Shown: piece by piece, positions 8,859 to 15,242 of the stretch | How the letters are laid out: every line of letters starts with the position of its first letter | How positions within the stretch are numbered: the stretch's first letter is position 1 | Virus record (IMG/VR): IMGVR_UViG_3300031419_000012 | From: a virus | DNA length: 64,000 bases | Direction: 5' to 3' (one strand) | Translations under genes and position numbers: made by a program | Notes under the pieces: model-generated | What the model was told of the DNA's origin: nothing | The model's input: the letters and a program-made list of their open reading frames with translations, nothing else | Database searches by the model: none

Positions 8859-8949
8859 CAGGCGTGCAGAATCCCCGGCGATTGCCGGTGATTAAAATTC
8901 ACCTGATTAATTCCGGCGCCGGCGGCGCACGGGGATGGTATGACGCCTG
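8859..8949 (-). ncRNA. Cloverleaf-like structure with a Lys(UUU)-like stem-loop
   Basis: Outer stems CAGGCGT/ACGCCTG and ATCCCC/GGGGAT enclose three hairpins, one being GGTGA-ATTTTAA-TCACC (5 bp stem, 7-nt loop). Confidence 0.4.
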
Positions 8950-8981
8950 TCCCGGCGGCTGGCCGGGTGGCTATGTGGATA

Positions 8982-9083
8982 TTGTGCTGACCGGATTTGA
9001 ACCGGCGACCTCACGCTTGTCCCTTTCACCGCCCTCCGGGCTGAATAAAAGAGCGAACGCTGCTGCCACTGAGCTACAACACA
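8982..9083 (-). ncRNA. tRNA-like RNA with long hairpin inserted in the anticodon loop
   Basis: Acceptor TGTGTTG/CAGCACA, D-region TAGCTCAGTGGCAGCAGCG, variable loop AGGTC, T-arm GCCGG-TTCAAAT-CCGGT. The anticodon region is ~30 nt too long and contains CTTTTA; no CCA encoded. Confidence 0.8.
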
Positions 9084-9341
9084 ACGATAAAAGCCCGTCT
9101 GCCGGCGCTCTTACCTGTTGGGCTGTGTCAGCGAGCCACCAGCTGATCGATAAGCCAGCGGTGACCGGCAAACAGTCCGGCATTCAGCAGCAGGTGAAAC
9201 ATTACAAACTGCATCGCTCTGACTGTTTTGGTATACATGCTGGTGTCCATACTGCTTAAATCCTGATTGACTGACTGAATTGCTTAAATCATGCCTGAAT
9301 TTTCATGTCAGCGCTCATGCCTGCAAATCTGCTTTGCGTTA

Positions 9342-9482
9342 GTGGTGGCCGGTGCCATACCCGGCAAGTAACCTCTCAAGCGACTGGTCAACTCGGTTAC
9401 TGGCGGCTTAAACCCCTATGCGGTGCGATTGATGAAGCGGGGGCCAGTCTTGCGATCGCAGCAGCAACTGCGAATGCACCAC
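9342..9482 (-). ncRNA. c4-like RNA (acceptor-like stem plus terminal T-like arm)
   Basis: GTGGTG/CACCAC closing stem with GCCGG-8nt-CCGGC stacked on it, internal hairpins, and a 5' leader CAGTACTCTTTCCGTTGTG of the kind recalled from c4-type elements. Confidence 0.55.
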
Positions 9483-9676
9483 AACGGAAAGAGTACTGAG
9501 CGGCTAATACGCTTTCCTGTTGGGTTGGTAATACTATTTGCGGCGCTTTTTCTTCACGTCTCGGCGACAGGCTTTAATAACCGTTTCAAAGCCATAAATC
9601 ACCACCAGCGTGTAAATGATAGTGAGAGCCGGGTGTTCTGCGGCAAACGCTAAAATCGGCATATCGTGTCCTGTCA

Positions 9677-9825
9677 GTGAGGGAGCTGTCTCTTCCAGCT
9701 GTCAGAACTAATCGCCCAGGCGTTCAACCTTAGATGGCAGCAATTCTCTGCTGGCTGGATGACATTACGTGTAAACCGGATAACCAATCAGACCAAAGGC
9801 ATAAAAGTCCTAGCTCCGCACTCAC
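9677..9825 (-). ncRNA. Structured RNA with acceptor-like stem plus T-like arm
   Basis: GTGAGTG/CCCTCAC (6 of 7 paired) with AGCTG-GAAGAGA-CAGCT adjacent; contains CTTTTA. Confidence 0.4.
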
Positions 9826-9897
9826 ATATCCCAAGTGACCCACTTCCGGCCACCAGCAGGGTGCGCTGGCTCCAATGCAACTGGCCTGTACAGATAC

Positions 9898-9981
9898 TGG
9901 CAGTAACGGCTGGATTTGAACCAGCGACCTTCCGTACTCCTGAGTAAAAGCCGGACGCTCGTGCCACTGAGCTACGTCACC
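9898..9981 (-). tRNA. Atypical tRNA-Lys(UUU)-like RNA with insertion 3' of the anticodon
   Basis: Acceptor GGTGACG/CGTTACT plus GCCA, D-arm GCTC-AGTGGCAC-GAGC, T-arm GCTGG-TTCAAAT-CCAGC. Anticodon region reads TCCGG-CTTTTA-CTCAGGAGT-ACGGA; 84 nt. Confidence 0.8.
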
Positions 9982-10014
9982 ATTAACGGGTTGCTGTGAT
10001 CGGTTTCCGTTAGC

Positions 10015-10151
10015 GCGATTGTTCAATGAGGCGGGAGTTGAACCCGCTTTGCCTTCGCAGCCCATCGCTGACCGCCTGCGTCAATTCGCCGGCAAGGCTT
10101 TCGCCCCGTGGACTCAGATCCACAACTCCTACGGTGTGTTAAAGCAATCAC
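10015..10151 (-). ncRNA. Enlarged tRNA-like RNA with canonical T-arm
   Basis: Closing stem GTGATTG/CAATCGC, T-arm GCGGG-TTCAACT-CCCGC (10031-10047), several internal hairpins. Confidence 0.55.
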
Positions 10152-10342
10152 CACAACGGCTGAGAGCACTGAAAATCTGCCCGGATAACGGCGTCTTTGC
10201 CAGTCGCCGCCAGTGCTCTCACCGTTGTGTGCTGGTCTTTCCCAGCTGCCACGAACTTTTTTAAGGTCTGCCGCTGACCTTGCCCTGCCACCAGCCAAAA
10301 TAGCCGGTAAGCAGCGCGCCGCCTGGTGTTGACGTGTAGTGC

Positions 10343-10446
10343 ATGGGGGGCTGGTGCCTCCAGCTGTCCGATACGGAACCTACGGACGGGTATACCGTAC
10401 AGGAAATATTATTCCGCCCCGCGTGCGCATAGCCGCATTCCCCCAT
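10343..10446 (-). ncRNA. c4-like RNA
   Basis: ATGGGG/CCCCAT closing stem with GCTGG-AGGCA-CCAGC adjacent; begins GGGGAATGCGGCTATGCGCACGCGG, resembling the recalled c4 antisense RNA motif. Confidence 0.6.
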
Positions 10447-10692
10447 TTGTGAGCGTGCTGTCAGAGGCAGTTACACCCGTCGCCAGGCAGCAAGAGGATG
10501 CCAGCACGCTCACAAATGGCGATCCCTTACGAGGATCAGGCGGGAACATATTTAAGCCTCACGGGGCGTTCTATGCGCGGGGTAGTCCATCGACCGCGTT
10601 CACTGCCGTGACAGGAGGGGCTACATGCCGTTCACCCTACTCATAACACGCCCGGAAAATCTGGAGACTACCGGGAGCGGCCCGTTACGAAC

Positions 10693-10756
10693 TGGTGCAG
10701 GTTGGCGGAATTGAACCGCCGACAGTGGAACACTCGACCGACTGAGCTAAACCTGC
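10693..10756 (-). ncRNA. tRNA-like RNA lacking the anticodon arm
   Basis: Perfect acceptor GCAGGTT/AACCTGC plus ACCA, D-arm GCTC-AGTCGGTC-GAGT, T-arm GGCGG-TTCAATT-CCGCC. Only 11 nt lie between D- and T-arm (about 23 expected); 64 nt. Confidence 0.85.
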
Positions 10757-10938
10757 TGAAATTGTGCCGGTGCATAACCCGGCGCGGACACTTAAGCATC
10801 TGGTCAACCTGTCCGCTTGCGTACACAACAGGGAGAAGGAACTAAACCCTGCCAGATTTGCACTGCGTCTGCCTCGCTGCTGAATCCTCTCTCCGATTCA
10901 GCCGTGAGCACACATCATGCACTCACGGGTAAACCTGA

Positions 10939-10962
10939 AAAAAAGCCCGAAAACTATCGGGC
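10939..10962 (-). terminator. Intrinsic terminator in the leader of the RNA array
   Basis: GCCCGA-TAGTTT-TCGGGC followed by a T7 run on the minus strand. Confidence 0.65.
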
Positions 10963-11108
10963 ATAAATGACTACCTACAGCGCAAAACTCACTCGCAAAT
11001 GAGCTTTGCGTTGTAAAAAATTGCGGATTAAACAATAGGTTAATGAGTAACCCGCTAAATACCAATTTGGATACTTTTCAACGATTATGGTCGTTGCCAG
11101 CGGGTAGA

Positions 11109-11169
11109 AATGTACACAATGAGGAGATCTGAATCAATGAAAATCTAAGATATTTCTTAGATTTTCATT
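11109..11169 (-). promoter_or_regulatory. Sigma70 promoter with adjacent perfect palindromic operator
   Basis: TTGATT-17bp-TACATT with extended -10 TG; AATGAAAATCTAAGA-N4-TCTTAGATTTTCATT at 11136-11169 abuts the -35. Confidence 0.7.
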
Positions 11170-11199
11170 TTTAAAAGGTTGCCGGGTAATTGCGTCAGG

Positions 11200-12489
11200 T
11201 TAGCGACGTTTCAGGTTGCCGTTTTTGATAGGTTCAATATCACCGTTGGTTTTTGCCCAGTTGATGCACCAGCTATTAACTGCCATGCGGATCTCTTCTA
11301 CCGTGGCCTCGCTCAGCCCTTTAACCTTTACCAGTTCCGGCGGTAGCTCACCACCCACCGCTGCCACCGTTTCATACCCGGCCTTAATCAGCGCGTTAAG
11401 CGCACGCGCCGGAATAACCAGCTCAGAGACCGGCGCAGCCTTGCCGTCAATTATGCGCTGATGGAGACGCGGGAAGTCCAGCGCCAGGCGGGTCATGATG
11501 CGTTCATGCAGTTCATCGTTGATGGCCGTGTCCCACATAGGGAGTAAATCAGGCAGGATTCGGAATACCGGATTACCCCATACACCCGGCACGACGTCCA
11601 TTGCCAGCATCATTGCGGTGCGGATCTGATAGTGAAAGTTTGCCGTCTCAATGGACACGTCACGCATGCCGTGAAACACGCTAAGACCGAAGTGGTAATT
11701 GTAGATATAGCAGCCCACGTCGCCGCTGCCGTCCGGCAATGGCAGAAGGAATTGCGCCACATCTTCCTGCCCGTCGTGAAACTCCACGCGCTCTTTGAGA
11801 TTGTTATGCAGGGCAGTCAGTTTAATCAGCTCATTAGCCGTCTCACCGCGCAGGCGGCGCTCTTTACCAACCTCTTTATCTGCAATGTTCAGCTTCTGCT
11901 GCAGCTCAAGTTTCAGCGCGCTCTGTTTTTTACGGTCGGCGCGTAGCTGTGAAATGGTTTTATCGCGCTCCTGCAGATCCAGCGCCAGGCGCTCAGGATT
12001 TTTGCGGCGGTACTGTGCAAACTCATTATTCAGAGTGGTCAGCGCCAGCTGTGCAGTAACCAGCGCGCCTGATGCGCGTTCGTGAGCGTTTTCAGCGTTA
12101 ATAGCGCGGCTGTCAGCCTCAGCAGCGTGCATATTGGCCTGCTGAATAGCTTCGTCGGCGGCGTTCTGCGCATCAAGGCGGATCTGCGTTATCTCCAGGC
12201 TCAGCGCTGAATGGCTGTCCAGCTGCTGCTGTACATGCTCCAGTGCGTCTGCCAGCACGTTATAGGTGTCAGCCTCATGATTAAGGCGCTGCCCGATATC
12301 AATCTGCACCTGCTCCAGCGCGGCCAGGCAGTTATCCAGCAGGCGGTTTTCAAGATCGTCAAGTTTCAGGCGCTTGCGGATAGAGGCCAGCTGGCCGTAA
12401 GCCGCTACAAACGTCTGGTGAAGGACTTCATCGTCAACGGGGCATTCAGGGAGTTGCTGCAGCTTCTGGAGAAGATTTTGAGATGACAT
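11200..12489 (-). CDS. Coiled-coil protein with C-terminal RNAP-alpha-CTD-like HhH domain (P1 PmgS-like, tentative)
   Basis: Long heptad-rich N-terminal half; C-terminal ELVIPARALNALIKAGYETVAAV...LVKVKGLSEATVEEI matches the alpha-CTD pattern. Confidence 0.7.
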   Translation of the reverse strand: MSSQNLLQKLQQLPECPVDDEVLHQTFVAAYGQLASIRKRLKLDDLENRLLDNCLAALEQVQIDIGQRLNHEADTYNVLADALEHVQQQLDSHSALSLEITQIRLDAQNAADEAIQQANMHAAEADSRAINAENAHERASGALVTAQLALTTLNNEFAQYRRKNPERLALDLQERDKTISQLRADRKKQSALKLELQQKLNIADKEVGKERRLRGETANELIKLTALHNNLKERVEFHDGQEDVAQFLLPLPDGSGDVGCYIYNYHFGLSVFHGMRDVSIETANFHYQIRTAMMLAMDVVPGVWGNPVFRILPDLLPMWDTAINDELHERIMTRLALDFPRLHQRIIDGKAAPVSELVIPARALNALIKAGYETVAAVGGELPPELVKVKGLSEATVEEIRMAVNSWCINWAKTNGDIEPIKNGNLKRR

Positions 12490-12547
12490 AATAGATTTCA
12501 GATCCGCTATAAATTTGCGGCAGATAATAACCTGAAATTGACCACTG

Positions 12548-12565
12548 TCTAAGATTTTTCTTAGA
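12548..12565. promoter_or_regulatory. Palindromic operator overlapping a promoter
   Basis: TCTAAGA-TTTT-TCTTAGA, same core as 11136-11169, overlapping a TAGACA -35-like hexamer on the minus strand. Confidence 0.65.
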
Positions 12566-12629
12566 TTTTATTTATCAAATAAGAAGGACTGATTCGGTGG
12601 CAAAGCAGAGCGCCCTGCCACCAGCAGGA

Positions 12630-12929
12630 TTACATCAGTTTGAGCGCCACCAGCACGCCAGCTACAGCAGCGGCCATCATCAGCATATGCAGCAGCACGG
12701 ACGGCGTTTTAACCTCTCCGCTTTCATACTCTGCCTGCGACATGCGCCCCAGGTAACTGTGCGAGACCAGAACGGCGTTTTCATCAAAGCCCAGCTGCAG
12801 GCGCACGTTCTGCAGTGTCGGGCGCGTGACCTGACGCGAGACAAGCTGTACCACGCCGGATCGCATCTTACCGTTATCGCCCATATAGCAAATTGAATGG
12901 TAGTGAAGCGGTGTATTGCGCCCCATCAC
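12630..12929 (-). CDS. Hypothetical protein with C-terminal hydrophobic segment
   Basis: 99 aa, coupled to the upstream gene. Confidence 0.6.
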   Translation of the reverse strand: MMGRNTPLHYHSICYMGDNGKMRSGVVQLVSRQVTRPTLQNVRLQLGFDENAVLVSHSYLGRMSQAEYESGEVKTPSVLLHMLMMAAAVAGVLVALKLM

Positions 12930-13444
12930 TGAACGGCCACCCAGTCACTAACGCGCATATCATCGACGCTCAGACAGTGAATTTCTTCACCGCCGTCAGG
13001 GCGAGTAAGCCGCAGCACGTCGTCCCCTTCGTGCTCCTGCTCCAGTGACACCACAAACCCCGCTGGCCACCCCTCGCGGCGCATTAAAAGTTCGGGGTTT
13101 TCTTTCATCTTAAGCAACGCCTCACTGTGACAGCACGCTATGGCACCGATTCCAATTTTCCCCAAACCTTCGATCTGTGCCACCGTCATGCGTGCTCGTC
13201 CTTCTGTAAATGATTTTCGTAAGATATAGCTGATACCTTTAACGCCACCGTAGTAGTTCAGCTGGCGATTGTTCATGCCGCATCGCGCCATGAGTTCATT
13301 TTTCGGTACCCCGAACATGCCTGTTTCCAGTGCCAGTTCGGCAAATACTGCAAGCCCCAGCCCTAAGTTGCTGCGCGTCTTTGCGCGTCGCGCATAGTGC
13401 TCAAACGTGGGGCATCCGGAAAAAAAGTCCGCGTCAAAAAGCAC
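12926..13444 (-). CDS. TetR-like HTH fused to a DUF2829/Tad2-like domain
   Basis: ALETGMFGVPKNELMARCGMNNRQLNYYGGVKG (TetR-like HTH) followed by EALLKMKENPELLMRREGW...LSVDDMRVSDWVAV. Confidence 0.6.
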   Translation of the reverse strand: MLFDADFFSGCPTFEHYARRAKTRSNLGLGLAVFAELALETGMFGVPKNELMARCGMNNRQLNYYGGVKGISYILRKSFTEGRARMTVAQIEGLGKIGIGAIACCHSEALLKMKENPELLMRREGWPAGFVVSLEQEHEGDDVLRLTRPDGGEEIHCLSVDDMRVSDWVAVQ

Positions 13445-14035
13445 TTATTCGCTCCAGAATCCGTCATTTTCGTGCGCGGGCATAACTCCGCCTGCTTCGA
13501 GTGCTGCGTACTGCTCTGTCACCCTGATCGTCTCTTCAGGAGAAAATGATAAAAGCACGTAAAAGCCCTGTGCTTTCAGGCGTCGCATCCACTCTATCTG
13601 CTTCTCAGAGGGCATGCGCTTACCGTGCTTTTGCTCTATCCGCATACCGTGATAAACACCGGACGGAATTTCCAGACACATATCAGGAACGCCACGCTTT
13701 GCCCCTTCTGCCTCAATCGCTGCGGCGGTTTTTTTTAAGCGGAATCCTCCGTTCGGTACAGCATAAAGGTGATCGTAGATAACCCTGTCAGCGCGGTAAA
13801 AATGGTCAAAAATACGAACCTGGTCGTAATGCTCTTTTTTGCCTGCCAGCAGGCCGGGATTTTTAACGAGTGCGGCCAGCGCTTTTGCATGAACCGATAC
13901 GTCTGTCAGTGCGGTTAACCAGGCGGACGCTTTGCCGGATTTACCCGACGCGACACCCTCAGCTTTATCTGCTGGTTTACTGCGTGTTTTAGGTTTTTTC
14001 TTGTAGGAGTGAAACCACTCTTCACTGAAGCGCAT
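13445..14035 (-). CDS. VRR-NUC-family nuclease (P1 PmgM-like)
   Basis: YAVPNGG...AEGAKRGVPDM...HGMRIEQK...Q.EWMRRL motifs; start taken at MRFSEE (14035). Confidence 0.8.
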   Translation of the reverse strand: MRFSEEWFHSYKKKPKTRSKPADKAEGVASGKSGKASAWLTALTDVSVHAKALAALVKNPGLLAGKKEHYDQVRIFDHFYRADRVIYDHLYAVPNGGFRLKKTAAAIEAEGAKRGVPDMCLEIPSGVYHGMRIEQKHGKRMPSEKQIEWMRRLKAQGFYVLLSFSPEETIRVTEQYAALEAGGVMPAHENDGFWSE

Positions 14036-14171
14036 ATCCGGAATTGTCAGCCGATGATTAAGTATTCTAAAAGATGGATTTGCGTCGGGGGGTATTTTTA
14101 ACGCTGAGACGGGAAAAAACAAGCCTGTAATCCGCATCTTTCAAAGATAGTGATTACAGGCCTTTATCAGC

Positions 14172-14336
14172 TTACTGGTGCGCCATCCACATCAGCATGA
14201 GGCAGCAGACGATGCCGATCGTACTGAAACAAAGCGTGAGGAATTTCCCAATCATATTAGTAATGGCGGCGGTGTCGCCGGTATTTTTATTGACTGAGGT
14301 GGTATTAACAAAGTCACGCTGTGCAAAAGTTTTCAT
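14172..14336 (-). CDS. Small membrane protein (54 aa, below the ORF-track cutoff)
   Basis: MKTFAQRDFV...FLTLCFSTIGIVCCLMLMWMAHQ with a purine-rich RBS and a C-terminal hydrophobic helix. Confidence 0.45.
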   Translation of the reverse strand: MKTFAQRDFVNTTSVNKNTGDTAAITNMIGKFLTLCFSTIGIVCCLMLMWMAHQ

Positions 14337-14394
14337 GTTATATTCTCTTCGTTATGTGCAGAGATGACGTCGCCAAACACAGTCTCTGCAGGTA

Positions 14395-14428
14395 AAAAAA
14401 AGCCCGGCCATCTGGTCGGGCTTTTTTC
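14395..14428. terminator. Bidirectional terminator
   Basis: A-run, GCCCGGCC-atct-GGTCGGGC, T-run. Confidence 0.65.
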
Positions 14429-14490
14429 ATGCTCACCGCCTTAGCGGATATGCAAAATCTAAGCTGTTTATAGTTTTCAGTCAACAGATA

Positions 14491-14775
14491 TCAAAAGTTT
14501 TTGTCACTTTTCAGCTGTGGCAAGGCCTCAGCCTCATCTTTAAGGCGTTTCAGCGCGTCGTCCAGGGCTAAAATCCAGCTGGCTTTATCCAGATGGCGTA
14601 TTCTTTCTACCCGGTATTTTGTATACGGATTAAGCACCCATACCCATCTCTTTTCATCCTGCGGATCGCGCAACGTAAACACCCCGCTCGGATGGTAAAA
14701 CTGCAGCTCAGCACCGGCAGCACTGGCGTAAGCCTCTAACTCCTCCAGCTTTAAATATTTGTTTTCTCGTGCCAC
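14491..14775 (-). CDS. Hypothetical protein (P1 PmgL-like, tentative)
   Basis: 94 aa; WVWVLNP...VERI resembles a recalled small P1 protein. Confidence 0.6.
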   Translation of the reverse strand: MARENKYLKLEELEAYASAAGAELQFYHPSGVFTLRDPQDEKRWVWVLNPYTKYRVERIRHLDKASWILALDDALKRLKDEAEALPQLKSDKNF

Positions 14776-14783
14776 GGTGTCTC

Positions 14784-15212
14784 CTAAAATCTTCGTTTCT
14801 CTATGGACTCGTCATAGCTGACGTATAAATACGGCTCTGTATCGTCCGCTGATAACATGACGGGCAGCAGGTGGGTTGCACTGTATACGGCGTCGTTCTC
14901 CGTGCGATCGTCAGCATACAGGTGCGCTGCCACAACCGTCAGGGCTGGCCGGGAAAGCGAGTATATTTCGGCTACGTCGCTTTCGACTACCTGCCCGAAT
15001 TTAGTAATAGCACTTTCCAGCAGCAGTATCTTTAACGCAGGCCACCACGGGCCAAACGCGCGATACGCAAGCCTGGCGCTGCCTGCGCGCTTTACCAGAT
15101 TTTCCAGATAATACGCTACAAACGCCTCTTCGGTGCGCCCGTCCAGGGCAAGCGGCAGCAGGCTTTCAATGTAGGTCTCGGTTGGCTTGATGGTATCAAT
15201 CAGTGTAGTCAT
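14784..15212 (-). CDS. ulx: Ulx antirestriction accessory protein
   Basis: DTIKPTETYIE...YRAFGPWWPALK...RPALTVVAAHLY...YSATHLLPV matches recalled P1 Ulx; follows darB. Confidence 0.85.
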   Translation of the reverse strand: MTTLIDTIKPTETYIESLLPLALDGRTEEAFVAYYLENLVKRAGSARLAYRAFGPWWPALKILLLESAITKFGQVVESDVAEIYSLSRPALTVVAAHLYADDRTENDAVYSATHLLPVMLSADDTEPYLYVSYDESIEKRRF

Positions 15213-15242
15213 GTGTGACGGCCCTTTCGGGCCGCTCCTGTG

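Noticed and set aside
9198-9220. CATTACAAAC late-box-like match in the RNA array
   Set aside because: No -10 hexamer at the required distance and it points opposite to the array.
8971-10646. ORF-track entries inside the RNA array (for example 9730-10065, 10023-10298, 10326-10646)
   Set aside because: They run through tRNA-like structures, lack RBS and show no protein-like features.
8982-10756. Calling the tRNA-like units ordinary tRNA genes
   Set aside because: None has a 5-bp stem with a 7-nt anticodon loop in the proper place; only 9898-9981 is tentatively typed as tRNA.
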